Assembly (NCBI GenBank): GCA_010093815.1
Contig: ML996579.1
DNA from: Pseudovirgaria hyperparasitica
Lineage: Eukaryota
Direction: 5' to 3' (one strand)
DNA: 64,000 nucleotides
A program made the position numbers and the translations under genes. Within the stretch, counting starts at the first letter, position 1. Every line of letters begins with the position of its first letter. The notes below the pieces were generated by a model that made no database searches, was not told the origin of the DNA, and saw only the letters and a program-made list of their open reading frames with translations. This document shows, piece by piece, positions 40,093 to 53,702 of the stretch.

Positions 40093-41587
40093 TCATGATG
40101 CAAATAATCGAACATTTAAGTCGACGCTTCCTGTGGCTATGACGCACCGGATTTGTACTTTACCCACAGCATCTTCTTTCTTTGATGGAGTTCCATTGGC
40201 TCCATTCGTGTCGCCATTAGTAGTTGCTGCACTATCTTTAGAGAGGCTTGGAGCCCACCGCATGCAACTGATAAAATGGCCGTGGGCATCTGCGACTATC
40301 TTAACACACTTCCCTTCTTGGTCTAGATCCCAACATCGGATCGTTTTGTCGTCGCTGGCAGACAGTAGATATTTGCCACCAGGATGCCAAACAAGTGCTC
40401 GTACCCAGTTATCATGGCCCACTAAAGTTTTAATTAGCGTTCCGCGTCCATCCCATATTTTGACGGTTTTGTCTCTTGAGCCCGTCGCAAGGAATTCAGC
40501 AGATGATGAGCTGGCCGGTGCTTTCTTTAAGCCAGCAAGAGATGCTAGATGTTTATATGATGCTGGTGGGGCCAGAGCTACGCACTCGATAGTGTGCTCG
40601 TGGCCGAGAAACGTGACTTTGGCCTCTCCCGATTGTGCGTCCCATAGTCTTGCTGTCTGATCTACTCCTGCAGAAAGCAGCCAGCGACCATCGAATGACG
40701 GGCAAACACTTCGGACCCAGTCAGAGTGACCTCGAATCGTCTTGACGCAGTATCCCGTTGTAACATCCCATATCCTCAGTGTGTGATCGCGTGAAGCCGA
40801 GACCAGAAGATTCCCAGAAGATGGTGCACCTGCTGCTCCAGAGGGGACAAAACGTATGCTGGACACGGAGTGGTCATGGCCAGGAAGAGTCCGTATATTC
40901 TTGTATTCGTCTGACGGATCCCATAGCTTGATCGTCAGATCTGAAGAACATGATGCCAATAGCGTACCTCCTCTTGGGCCTCCAAAGTCGACGTCTAGGA
41001 CACCTTTCGTATGTCCTTTAACAGTCCGTTCCAATTCTCCAAGTTCCCAATCCCAAATCTTGATTGTTGTATCCTCAGACCCGGACGCAAGAGACGAGAA
41101 TACGGGATGAAAAGCGACACAGGAGACTGGCGAACGATGCGATTGTAGGGTGTGTTGCGCGGGTGATCGCGGCAACCAGGCAGAAGGGTCTTGATTTCGG
41201 CGCATGAGTGACGTTGGTGTTGCAGAGTCTAATTCTTTCTGTAGTGTGGCACTGCGCGATTCCAGATCCATAATCTGTTCGACTCGGGTAATTAGATATC
41301 TTTATAGCCGCGCTACGTGGATTTTGCAAACCTTCTTCTGGAGCCTCACAACGCTCGTCCATTTCTTCTCCAACAAGCCCTCATACTTTTTACTCGTGAC
41401 ATCGTCGAATGTATCTCCAATCTCTATCTCTTCTCGTAGCGTCGCTGCCGTCTTGTTGAGTCCAGTAGCCGAAAGATATGCGATCATTGCCTTGTGCCTA
41501 AATGTGGTTAGTAAGTATTGTTACTAGGAGAATCACAACCAAAACATACAGCTCTTCGGCTTGCCGCGACGTTAGTAGCTGGGACAT
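40093..41587 (-). CDS. PAC1: Nuclear distribution protein PAC1/LIS1/NudF (dynein regulator); exons 41587-41550, 41497-41332, 41274-40093
   Basis: LisH N-terminus [41 protein letters not shown] coiled coil, WD40 repeats; two GT-AG introns in frame. Confidence 0.96.
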
Positions 41588-42409
41588 GCTTGGTCCCGCA
41601 ACCTATTGGCATGCCTCGAGAAAAGAAGAGAGACGTGGATGCAGTGACTACTTCAAACGAAGACAGTCGGAGGATGTGTAGTCTGTGGTGTCGTTGACCA
41701 GACCGGAGGCGGTCTATGAGTGGGGTGGACAACCGCTTCGCGACGACGCGAAACGGTCGGATATATCTGCACCTGCCTGCACAAACGCGACAGACAACAA
41801 TGCCAGCTCGTCAGTGAACTAGTGAATGTCGTATGTGACAGAAGAGCTATGGGCAGAACATGTATGTGGAAGGGCGAAATTGGGCAGTACAAGAGAAGGG
41901 AGCAGATGACGTTAACCGTTGAATGGATACCCCCTCCCCCCTGCGCTGGTTGGGTGCGATTTTGTTAGTTGGGTTGGCCGCGAAACCAGGGTCAAGCGAC
42001 TTTTGTCAACACCACGCTTAAGCCTCTTTGCTACTCCACCAAACAACCCAACGACACTCCGTATTTCTATACTCATACCCAACTTATCCCTAAGAGTGCG
42101 CCTCTGGTGCTATTGAACCTTCGCTCGCGATTCCGGTAATAAGAGTACTGAGCGAAGGATCCAGGCCGTTGCTCATTCGTACAGTACGTCGAACCCCAAG
42201 CCGTTACTTCCTCGCGCGCAATGCGATCTCGCTATTCAAGCGGATGTGTTGAGGGCAAAGTAACTCGTCCTTGTACCCTGCTTTGCTGTGTCGCAGTCAT
42301 GCACAAGAGTCTTATATTCAGGCCGCTAAGACATTTATCAGGACTCCGGTTAAGCCCACAGAAAACCCCGCCTCGTCCGCCTTTACCCTCACAACAGTTC
42401 GTCGCAACT

Positions 42410-45175
42410 ATGGCGGATGGTGAGGATGATTTCAGTCAACTTCCTCTGTCAGACCAGTTCATACATAAGAACTGGAAAGCTCGAAAAGGTGGATATGAAG
42501 CTGCCACCAAAGCCTTTGATGTGGCCCAGACAGAGAATGATCCACTAGTGAGACAATTTGTGTCTGACTCGGGAATCTGGAAGGGAGTTGTAGCAGATTC
42601 AAATGTTGCGGCACAACAGGAAGGTTTGGCTGCACTGTGCTCATTTCTTCAGATCGCGGGCAAGGACGGCTGCACGAGGTAGGAACAAGGGTTTATAGGA
42701 TCCAGTCGATAGCTGCGTACTGATAATAAGCAGGACAAGGAAAGAGACCATTGCACCCATTGTCGAAAAAGGTCTCACAGGACGACCTGCTGCAAAGCAA
42801 AGAGCACAAGAGGCTATATTACTATATATCGAGCTTGATAAGGCAGATCCCATTATTGAAGAGCTCCTCGCCCTGCTTTCGCATAAGCAACCAAAGGTCA
42901 TCGCTGCAACTCTAGGCGCTCTCACTGCTGCTTATCACGCTTATGGGTGTAAAACTATCGATCCTAAGCAGACCCTGAAAGTGCTTCCAAAGGTGTACGG
43001 ACATGCGGACAAAAATGTACGAGCGGCCGCACAAGAGCTCACTGTCGAATTTTACAGGTGGCTCAAGGACTCAATGAAGCCATTATTCTGGAATGATCTC
43101 AAGCCCGTGCAGCAGCAGGACCTCGATAAATTGTTCGAGAAAGTAAAAGATGAGCCAACTCCGAGACAAGAACGACTGCTCCGGACTCAACAAGCTGCTC
43201 CCCCGCCAGCAGCTGCAGTCGCAGGTCCAGGTGGCGGTGACGAGGGCTATGAGGACGAACTACCTGAAGAGGCCGAGGACCTCGAGCTAGCAGTAGATGT
43301 GATGCCAAAGGTACCTAAGGACTTCGAGGAGAGACTAGGCTCGTCCAAGTGGAAAGATAGGAAAGAAGCCCTCGACGAACTTCACACTGCAATCAACGTA
43401 CAAAAAATGGAAGAAGGTCCTTTTGACAATATCATGCGGGGGCTCGCCAAATCGATGAAGGATGCCAATATTGCGGTCGTTACAGTGGCAGCTAATTGTA
43501 TTGAACTCTTCGGCCGGGGACTGAGACGTAGCTTCGCGAAGTACCGATCCACTGTTATGGGTCCCATGATGGAAAGACTCAAAGAGAAGAAACAAGCTGT
43601 GGCTGATGCCATCGGCTCGGCTTTGGACGCCGTGTTTGCATCGACAAGTTTTAATGACTGCCTAGAAGAGATTTTAGAGTTCCTCAAACATAAGAATCCC
43701 CAGGTAAAGTTGGAGTCGACAAAATTCCTCATTCGGTGTTTGAAGAGCACGAAAGCCGCGCCGGAACTCGCTCAAGTCAAGTCCATTGCAGATGCTTCAA
43801 CCAAGCTTCTCACCGAGAGTCAGGAGGTTCAGCGAAATGCCGGCGCAGAAGTGCTTGGTACTCTTTGGAAAATCATGGGTGACCGCATCATGAACGCACA
43901 TCTCGAGGGACTTGATGAGATCCGGAAGACCAAGATAAAGGAGTATCACGACGCCGCTGAAGTTAAGGCTAAGTACAAGCCAAAAGCTGCAGTGCCTCCA
44001 AAGCCGGCACCTGCTGCAGCTGGCAAGAGGCCGGTTGGCAAAAAACCTATGGCGAAAAAGCCAACGCCCGCTGCAGCACCTCCAGCTGAAGATACAGCGC
44101 CTCTAGCACCGAAACCGACCAGCCGCCCTGGGGTGTCAAAACTAGGTCCACCCAAGTCAGGTCTCACAGCGCCGTCAGGTTTAAGGGCACCTGGACTTGC
44201 AAAGAAGGCACCTGGCCTACCTCTGCCAGGCACTTCGACAGCTTCACCTAAACGGCAGGGCTTTATTGGCGCCCCCGCGACTCGCGAGCTTAGCCCGGAG
44301 GAGGAGGATTATGCACCCCCAGCGGCACCTAAATTTGGTCTCGGTCGAGGTCTGGCAGGGAGACCGCTTGGTAAGCCAGCAGTATCCGAGGCTCCACCAC
44401 CTCCTGTGGTCTCGGGACTCGCAGCTGCTGACCGAGCCGAACTTGATGAACTCCGAATGGAGGTTGAACGCCTACGGAAACAGACGGAAGACCTAAGATC
44501 GGATCGTACCAGACTGTCGTCACAAATACACGAGCTTCAAAATCAAAACGCTCAGCTCATTGAGGATCATACACGCGATGTGCTAAGCATCAAAGCCAAG
44601 GAAACACAGCTGGTACGTGCAAGGTCTGATGCTGACGCTGCCGAGCAGCTCGTGGCCACTCAGCAGCGGGAAGTAGACCGCTTGAAACGCGAGCTCAGCC
44701 GACAGATCCGCGCAACCTCTCCTGCCCCATACGATGCAAGTGAGCAGATTCTGTCTGACACTGGTATGAATGGATCTGTTGGTGGTCGTTTTGGTGACAG
44801 TGGTTATGAAGGTGCCGCTGTAGGTCGGTACCGTGCCAGCAGGACTTACGGAGGAGCAGGCGCTGCCAGTCCTGGAGGGGAAGGTAAGGAGAACTTTAGT
44901 GATGGAAGATCTTCGAAGCTGAGTCCGCTACGCGGTTCAGGTTCAGGATTTAGAGCATCTGCCTCCATTTCGTCTAGCTCTGGTGGTAGAGCATCTCCTG
45001 CAGACATGGGCGCCAGCACAAACGGCGCAGAGAGCTGGAAGAGGGCTGCAGAAGTCACTCAGAACCTCAAGGAGAGAATAGCATTGATGAAGGTCAGTTA
45101 CAACGGTTTACACGATCGACATACCAGTTAACGGGATTTCAGGCAAAGCAAGCTGCTCGGAATCAAGGGCAGTAG
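42410..45175 (+). CDS. STU2: XMAP215/Dis1-family microtubule polymerase (Stu2/Alp14); exons 42410-42678, 42734-45092, 45143-45175
   Basis: Two TOG domains (HKNWKARK, SSKWKDRKEAL, HKNPQVK), basic Pro/Lys linker, coiled coil and C-terminal ESWKRAAEVT; introns in frame. Confidence 0.93.
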
Positions 45176-45717
45176 TTCAAGAGGTCTTGCGTTTATGATG
45201 GCATTTGCGCTGGCGTTAGGGTCGACGAATGATGTATGGATGGTGATGAAGAGCGTCGGACAAACTGTATGACAGGGAAATGCTTTTTGTTTGTTCCGTT
45301 TCCGAATGACTGACATCTGGTGTCGTCTTGTAGCATTCAGATGGTGCCGAACCTGGTAGAGCGCTGGAGTAGCATTATACCAATACTTTTTTCTGGGGCG
45401 TTGGTCTTAGGATTTAGGACCGTCCACAGAGCTTATTTTGAATTTGTTAACCTTTTTCGAGTTGGTGACAATTCATTGCCTCATTGCCTTAGCTGTGGAA
45501 CTCTAGGCTTGATAGTAGTGACTTACCTACCCCCGGGCAGTCGGTCCACCACCGACGTCATCAATGCGCGTCACAATATTCGAGGTGGAATCCCAACTCC
45601 AAACCGCTTCATGGCTCCGTCACTCCTTATCCGCCACGGTCTACAATGCGACCCATTGTCTCCTAATGATGGACCAAATCTAGCAGCTCCGTCTACTGAG
45701 ATCTCCTTTCAACCACA

Positions 45718-47306
45718 ATGATATCTTGTACACGAGCCGTTCCACGAACGCTCCTGTGTTTCAGAACTGGACTGCACTCAGGCCATACACATATTAAAAG
45801 CAGAACTGCTACCTGCGGTCCGCGACGCACCCCAGCGAGAACGTTCGCATCTTCGCAAATCGTTCTCATCTCTGAGCCTCACGACTCGTCTTATTCGCAA
45901 CCAGCTGCCAATCTCAGCCAAAACGTCACGGATGAAGAGAAAAACCACTACCATGAAGCTGTTGTCGCGAGTAAGGAGAAGCAGATACGGACACCATGGC
46001 ACCGAGAAGGATCGGATAAAGCCCCCGTAGCACGTCAAAGGAGTGCTGGAGCTATGACGAAAGGCATGATTTCGTGGGCGAATTCCTCTTCCCCCGCCAT
46101 CTGCCATTTCTGCTTGAAAGCTAACAGTCTACGATAGGGAAACTTTTAACCACGCCATCGCGAATGCTAAAGTTGATTCTTCCCCTAACGACGAAGGACG
46201 TAAACACAGATCGCAAAGATGTCGAGCCTCTTGCACTCTTGGTTCATCCCCAACAACCTCTCTCTTATCTAGAACGCCTTATACAGTCTGAACTTCCAAT
46301 TCTTGAAATCGATAACAAAGAGAAAATTCCAGCTGTCTACTTCCGAGCTGAAGACTCTACCGACAGTGCCATCGAACACAAAAAAAAGATTAACAGAGAA
46401 GCCACGCAACAAGAACCCGAAGAAGAGCGCACCGACGAACAAGACGATGACGCCCAACATCTCGAAAAAGCCGATGAGATCAAGATTGATGGCAAGACAG
46501 AACGCACCGGGAAGATCAACAAGAAAGACTCCACGATTGCCAATAAACTTCGAGGTGGTCCCGGCGAGGGTGGGGTTGAATCTTACTCCGGCCTCGGCCA
46601 CGAAAACTCATCCTCGCACGAGCGCAAGTTTGTGCGCTGGTCCTCGAGCACCGAGATTGGCGACTTTATTCGAGATGCTGCGCGCGGCAAAGAGTTCGCC
46701 GTCGAGATAGAGGGAGCGCCAGCAGATATTCGCGTCGGCGTACCAAGTTTCGGTGATCGCACTTACTATTTGCGTATGCGCTTGCGGAAGACTGCGAAGA
46801 AATTAAGCACTCTGGCGGATTTGAAAAATGAGTGTGATCATATCGCGCATCGCCATGCGCAACGTGTCGCGTTCAGCGGGTTCTTCGGGCTATGTGGATG
46901 GTGGGGTGTAGTTTCGTGGTTGACGTTTGCGACGGAACTGGGATGGGATACGATGGAGCCCGTAACATATCTCGTGGGTCTTTCGACGCTGATTGGGGGT
47001 TACGTGTGGTTCTTGTATCACAACCGCGAGGTGTCCTATCGATCGGCGATGAACATCACCATCTCACGGCGGCAGCAAAAGTTGTACTCGTCAAAAGGGT
47101 TTGATGTGGACAAATGGCAGCACCTGATCGAGGAGGGTAATGCCCTGAGGAAGGAAATCAAGGCGGTTGCGGATGAATACGATGTCGAGTGGGACGAACA
47201 GAGGGACGAAAAAGACGAGAAAGTCATGAAAGCTCTTCGAGAGGAGCGGGAGAAGAAAAAAGAGAGGAAAAAGGACAAAGAGGAGGAAGAGAAAGATGAT
47301 GAGTGA
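45718..47306 (+). CDS. MCU: Mitochondrial calcium uniporter; exons 45718-46063, 46138-47306
   Basis: Arg-rich presequence and two TM segments flanking the WDTMEPVTY (DIME-type) selectivity filter. The in-frame splice needs a GC-AG intron. Confidence 0.92.
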
Positions 47307-47815
47307 GGAGCATATGTGAAGGCTAAACCTATTGCAACAACATCTTGAAGGCATGCCTATCAACGGGGATTCACAGCGAGGCGTCTGAGGTCTGCATAGA
47401 GAAGTAAAACGAGTCAGAGCTTATTTAATAGTGCAATCAACAGGGAGAGAACATGATCATCGCTGCTATGTTACTATTGTGCAGATCTCGCGTGTCTTGG
47501 CGATCAGAAGATACAAGTACTGTTTCAGAGTTCAGGGAAGGTAGCATGTCCTGTCCCCCATATGCTGTCTTTTGTTGTGTTATAAAGTGTCATCTGTCCT
47601 AGTCTGATCTAGGATATGTATATTGAAACCCGAATAGCAAGCCCAACAGCTTCCACACAAACCTCTACAGCCTTCACGCTTGTTCATCATGCCTTCCAGA
47701 TTCATAAGTCAGTGAGAGGATTTTTAAAGGTGAGGAGAAGATTGAACACAGGCCACCGTATTCGTAATAGCCAATCGGAACCAGAGCCCTGATAGTTCTA
47801 TTCATGGACTAATGC

Positions 47816-48320
47816 ATCTGTCATTTCCTTAGAACCTGAGTCGGCTTAGCACTTTTCAATTTCACGCATGTACTCACACACCTCTATTAGATAGCTATCC
47901 CACCTCTCTACCTCTATATAAGGGTTTATATAATAAAATATCTATATAGACTTATAGAGTAAAGTAAGGCGATTAATCCTATATATTTTTTAAGCTCTAT
48001 ACCCCCTAATCTATTCTATAATAAGAGGGTCTAGTTTCTTAGAGGAGAGGAGGAAGGTGGTTTTCCTAGAACCTAACGTAGTTTTCGCACGGGCCCTCTT
48101 CTAAGAACCTTTTAAAATTCTTCTCTATCCCTTTAAGGAGACCTTATAAGAATAAGATAACCTTATAGAAGGATAGAAATATATTTAATTACTTATTATA
48201 TCTACTTTTTAAAGCTCCTATACACTTAGAATAGGTATAGAAAGAGCTCTAGGTAGAAAGATGGGAGAGAGAACACGCGTGCACTAGTGCTAGCGACTCA
48301 GGTTCAGGAAAACGACGGAT
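47816..48320. mobile_element. MITE-like element (second family), RIP'd core
   Basis: Left end atctgtcatttccttagaacctgagtcggcttagcact versus reverse complement of right end atccgtcgttttcctgaacctgagtcgctagcact; TpA-rich interior within GC-balanced DNA. Confidence 0.8.
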
Positions 48321-48456
48321 AGAACCGGATCCGGGCTAGCCCAACCGCGATCGGCGCGCCCTTCGTATCTTCTTCAAGTCATGAATGCAGCACATCATGT
48401 CAACATAACCAGCTTCTCGGGTTCTACCATACCCACAATTCCGTTTTGTGTCAACT

Positions 48457-49686
48457 ATGCATCCCAATAATACTCTTCAGAGCCATGCTGATGCCTCTGA
48501 TCTTGCGATAAACCCAATTTATCTGCGCATGTCCCCCTCCAAGCTCAGTGGCACCCACTTCCCCGCACGGAATGTTGGAGCTCTACCTGCACTGACAGTC
48601 ACTGCAGAGGTACGATCTAATACAGCACGACACGGGCATTCAAGTGGTATGAGCAGTCTGAGTGGGCTGAGTAGCCATTGGAGCGTAACCTCAATCCCCT
48701 CCAGGCCAAGGCATGTCGCGGGTCAATTTTCATCTTATAACGAATCTACCGCTGTTCTACAACCGCTTGGGACGAAACACCAGCGAGCGAAGTCCGCCGG
48801 GTCGTCGACAACTGTGTCCTCGCAACCGGTAGTCGTTCGTACGTACATGGGCAGTCGCGGCTCTTCACGAAACGGAAGCCCACATCCGACAACAATACCG
48901 CGCAACATGTCTCGACGGAGTCACTTGCCACCTACGAATGAGTTCAGCTTCGACGCTGTGTTAAGAGCTGTTGAACCCGAGATACAAAGCGCCATCGATG
49001 CAATTGCCGAAATATGTGCGCGCAGCAGGATGAGCTTGGCAGATGAACACGAAGCACATATACCACCTCAGGGCGAGATTCGAGAAAGCGAGCCCAGCTG
49101 GATAGGAAGACAGCACGGCGGACGGCAAGGGTGGCGGATGACGCAGGGGACGTTGACTGCTGTGCCTGAGGCGTCAAGTAGTAGTGAAAGACTAGCTGGT
49201 GGGAGCAAGGCCAGCAGTGAATCTGGCAAAGGGAAGAACTCGGCTTACGGTAGCTTGAAAGAAATCATTACGGGGAAACAAGTTGGACACTGGTCTGAGG
49301 GCGAAGGGGATGCAAGTGAAAGCACGTTTGTGGGCGAGGCTTCTTCTTCTAAAAAATATGGACAGTATGTCACGAAAACCGGAAATGAGTGTCAAAACAC
49401 GCCGTCTACGGCGTTGATATCGCCAGCAACGGCTTCCAAACAGCTTTCTTTTGACACTCCCACTGCAGAGCCTCTCACACTGGCCGATCCGCTGGTCTTT
49501 ACTTCGTCTTCAGGGCCAGGAAAGCCACGACTTCATGGGCGATCTGGATCTGGCTCTCTTACTTCTTGGCTGCCGTGGCCGCGCTTTCCTGCAATCTCAG
49601 GCCCAGCGTCAGGAAATTCAGAGCGTCTTCAAGCCGAGACTAGGCTCAAGAGCCTTCTGCAAAACACGACAGCTCCAATTACCTGA
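48457..49686 (+). CDS. Hypothetical Ser-rich protein with a helical core (FSFDAVLRAVEPEIQSAIDAIAEICARSRMSLADE)
   Basis: Open frame of ~409 codons in GC-balanced DNA; function not recognised and start uncertain. Confidence 0.75.
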   Translation: MHPNNTLQSHADASDLAINPIYLRMSPSKLSGTHFPARNVGALPALTVTAEVRSNTARHGHSSGMSSLSGLSSHWSVTSIPSRPRHVAGQFSSYNESTAVLQPLGTKHQRAKSAGSSTTVSSQPVVVRTYMGSRGSSRNGSPHPTTIPRNMSRRSHLPPTNEFSFDAVLRAVEPEIQSAIDAIAEICARSRMSLADEHEAHIPPQGEIRESEPSWIGRQHGGRQGWRMTQGTLTAVPEASSSSERLAGGSKASSESGKGKNSAYGSLKEIITGKQVGHWSEGEGDASESTFVGEASSSKKYGQYVTKTGNECQNTPSTALISPATASKQLSFDTPTAEPLTLADPLVFTSSSGPGKPRLHGRSGSGSLTSWLPWPRFPAISGPASGNSERLQAETRLKSLLQNTTAPIT

Positions 49687-50856
49687 ATTGAGACCATAAA
49701 TATCATAGTGCAAACCTGCGGAAGTATGGATTAACAGACACTGTTAATTTAAAGCATGTTCAGATAAAACGACACCTTTCAAATCTGGAACGATTACTAG
49801 CGCCATAGCCTAGGCTAGAAAAGGGAAGTGTCGAGCCTACAACATAATGTTTCAATGCTACCGTATAGCGTCATATGCGTGTAGGGCTGACTGACTACTA
49901 TTAATACCTGCTACGGCCAGCACAGCTATGAGAGCAGGATTTGAGCGATGGCTGGTCCGGGACATCACGTTTTCATTGGTGCTGGTGCTGGTGCTGATAC
50001 TGGTGTTGGTCCACTGGCGTCCACGGCATGGGTCCATCAAAACTGCAACGCTAAAATTAGACTGAAACACTCACGGCGGAGGGCGGTGGGCAGCAGGAGA
50101 TCATAGCCCTGTCGTTTGTTTCCTCCGCTGGTATCTGTCCTGAAACAAAGATGCATCAATACAGTCGTTTGTGCGCGATACATAGAACCAGCCAGAGCCT
50201 TCAAAAGCCAGGCAGTTAGAGCAGCATGAGCATGTTAAGTTTATACCAATCTGGATATTTATGGCTTGCTGCAGATCATGCGGATCACGTAGACGGTCGT
50301 GATCACGTGAGTCAATGCCAAGCTCTTCTGACAACCTATTGCCCGGTACCACTACCTGTGCATTCCTGTCCGTCTTGCACTGCACCAACATCATCACAAC
50401 ATATCTAAGATCTTAAGAAATGCAATGACAAAATTGGCTCTTCGCTGAGCTACAGTCAGCTCTTTTCTCATGTCAATGTATCCCTCTCACTGCGCCGGAA
50501 ACGTCAGCAGCAGCCAGCTGTCCACTGCATTCCAGAGTGGATACGCCGTGAATGCAAACAACCCTGTGTCAAGCTCGTCATGGCAGAACATAACATTCCC
50601 TGTCCCTGTCCCTGCGCCTGCGCCTAGGATGCCTTTGGTAAAATGATTCTGATGCCTGTCACTATGTCGACTTGTCGTACCGCATCCTTCACCATTTTTT
50701 CTCTTGAGAAGTTCCATACTATCCACACGCACTTTGCTATATTAAAACTACCTCTCATTGTAGGCTTCACCCCATATTTAGAAACACCGCAAATTCTGCT
50801 ATTTCGCCATTCTTCGTTGCCCTCTCTTGCTTCACTATCCATCCCAACTTGGCGAT

Positions 50857-53702
50857 ATGCCTGTAGAACAGGGTCATCAGAATTTCCAAGTCGACGAGGA
50901 ACTGCAAGATTTAAGTCACACGCCCTACGTACGTGTGAACCCTGTGGCGCCGAAAGTAATCACCAACTGACTGACTTGGCTTTAGTACCAAGATGAGGGT
51001 GGCCACACGTCGCAGTCCATACCAGACACACTGACAACTCTACAAGATGAATATGCTCAGAATTTATTATTGGCCCATTCGGATAGCCCCCGATACTCCA
51101 TTCGAGATTCCCGCTACGATCTCAGAGAGACGTATGCGCCTGTTACGAACTGGACGAGAGACCCTGGCACTGGACAAGCACTCAGAGGTAGCTTTGGCTA
51201 CCGCCCACAACTCATGCACTCTACGAGCTCGGACGACAGCTGGGTACAAAGACAACAGCCACATATTCTTGCAGAGAGCGGCCCAGGGGTCAAGCGCTCG
51301 CGAACGCGTAGGGTCAAGCTGGGCCAGAAAAACGTCCTTAGCATCGACTACCCAGTGCCCAGCGCTGTGAAGAATGCCGTAGAGCTACAATACCGCAATT
51401 CCGAGGGCGCTGTCCAAGAAGAATTCACACAAATGCGCTACACAGCTGCTACTTGCGATCCGAACGATTTCACGCTCAATAACGGGTACAGCCTCCGACC
51501 ACAGACCTACAACCGCCACACCGAGCTCCTCATTGCAATCACCTATTATAATGAAGACAAGACTCTCCTTGCGCGAACTTTACACGGAACAATGCGCAAT
51601 ATCCGCGACATCTGCAACACAAAATCAAAGTTCTGGCATGTCGGAGGGCCTGCGTGGCAGAAGATTGTCGTCTGTCTTGTGTTTGATGGAATTAATAATG
51701 TCGACACTGAAGTCTTTGACGTCTTGGCGACAATCGGAATATATCAAGATGGCGTACTTAAGAAGGATGTCAATGGCAATGAGACTGTTGCACACATATT
51801 TGAATACACCAGCCCATTGTCTGTTACGCCGGACCAAGAGCTCATTCAACCTAGGAATGACAAGGGCAGTGCGTGTACGAATCTGCCACCTGTTCAATTC
51901 ATCTTCTGTCTGAAGCAGAAAAACAGTAAAAAAATCAACTCACACCGATGGTTGTTCAACGCTTTCGGGAGGATCCTAAATCCAGAAGTTACCATTCTCA
52001 TAGATGCAGGCACAAAGCCTGGGCCGGGCTCACTACGAGCACTATGGGAGTCATTCTACAATGATCGGGATCTAGGTGGTGCTTGCGGCGAAATTCATGC
52101 AATGCTGGAAGGTGGCAAGGCCCTTTTGAACCCGCTGGTTGCCATACAGAATTTCGAATACAAGATCTCCAATATTCTCGACAAGCCATTAGAAAGCGCA
52201 TTCGGTTATGTTAGTGTCCTCCCGGGTGCGTTCTCGGCTTATCGCTTCCGGGCTATCATGGGTCGACCATTGGAACAGTACTTTCATGGGGATCATACCT
52301 TATCGAAACAGCTCGGTCACAAGGGCATTGACGGAATGAACATCTTTAAGAAGAACATGTTCCTTGCTGAGGATCGCATCCTTTGTTTTGAGCTTGTCGC
52401 CAAAGCCGGTCAGAAATGGTAAGTCGGCAGATGCTGGTTGTAGACGATGCAGGTTGACAATATGGGTTTGGCTGACATGTATCTCTGAATTATAGGCACC
52501 TTGGCTACGTCAAATCATCCAAGGGTGAAACGGATGTCCCGGATGGTGTTGCAGAGTTTATTGGCCAACGTCGACGGTGGCTGAATGGATCCTTCGCTGC
52601 ATCCCTTTACTCTATGATGCATTTTGCTCGTCTCTACTCGTCTGGCCACAGCATCGTACGACTTGCTTTCCTGCACATACATCTCCTTTACAATTTCCTG
52701 AATGTGGTGTTTACGTGGTTCTCGCTCGCCGGCTACTACCTCACAACGACCATCATCATGGAACTCGTCGGCACGCCACAACCCATTACAAATTACCACG
52801 GCTGGCCCTTCGGCGACAAGGTTACGCCGGTCCTGAACGTGATCCTTGGCTGGATCTATGTTGCTTTCCTCGTTCTTCAATTCATCCTAGCACTCGGCAA
52901 CCGTCCGAAGGGATCGCGGTACACGTACGTTGCATCTTTCATCGTTTTCGGTATCATACAAACGTACATCTTGCTCCTCACGGGATACCTCGTATACCGA
53001 GCCTTCAGTGCAGCACCAATTACCGAGCAGATATCCTTTGATTCTCTAGGGGCCTTCTTCAATAGTTTCTTCGGAGGGGGGACAGGTGTTGCCGGTCTAA
53101 TACTGATCGCCATCGTGACTATCTATGGGCTCAACTTCGTGGCATCCATCCTATATCTTGATCCTTGGCATATGTTCCATTCATTTCCGCAATACCTTGT
53201 ACTCATGTCGACGTATATCAACATCCTCATGGTGTATGCCTTCAACAATTGGCATGATGTCAGCTGGGGTACCAAAGGCTCTGATGTAGCCGACAAATTA
53301 CCATCAGCTCAAACGATAGCTGGCGAGGCAAACGTCGTAGAGGAAATTGTGGAGGAGCAGGAAGATATCGACATGAAGTTCAAAAATGTCGTACTTCGAG
53401 CGCTTGCACCGCCCAAGGCCAAGAGTGCCCCCGGAAAGGAAGCCAAACCCGTAGATGACTCATACAAGAGCTTCCGCACGGGCTTGGTGTATTCGTGGCT
53501 GCTGTCTAATCTCATCCTCATCCTTATCGTCACAACAGATCGATTCCAGGCGGCGGGTGTGCCTTTGGCGTCCAAGACACGTACGCCAATCTATTTCCGA
53601 ATTCTGCTGTATTCGACGGCTGTGCTTTCTATTCTCCGTTTCCTTGGCTTTCTAGTTTTTCTCGGGAAGACAATGATAGCGACATTGTTGAGGAAAAGGT
53701 GA
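50857..53702 (+). CDS. Chitin synthase, class III-like; exons 50857-50928, 50986-52418, 52496-53702
   Basis: [49 protein letters not shown] and HDVSWGTKG motifs; two GT-AG introns in frame. Confidence 0.95.
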
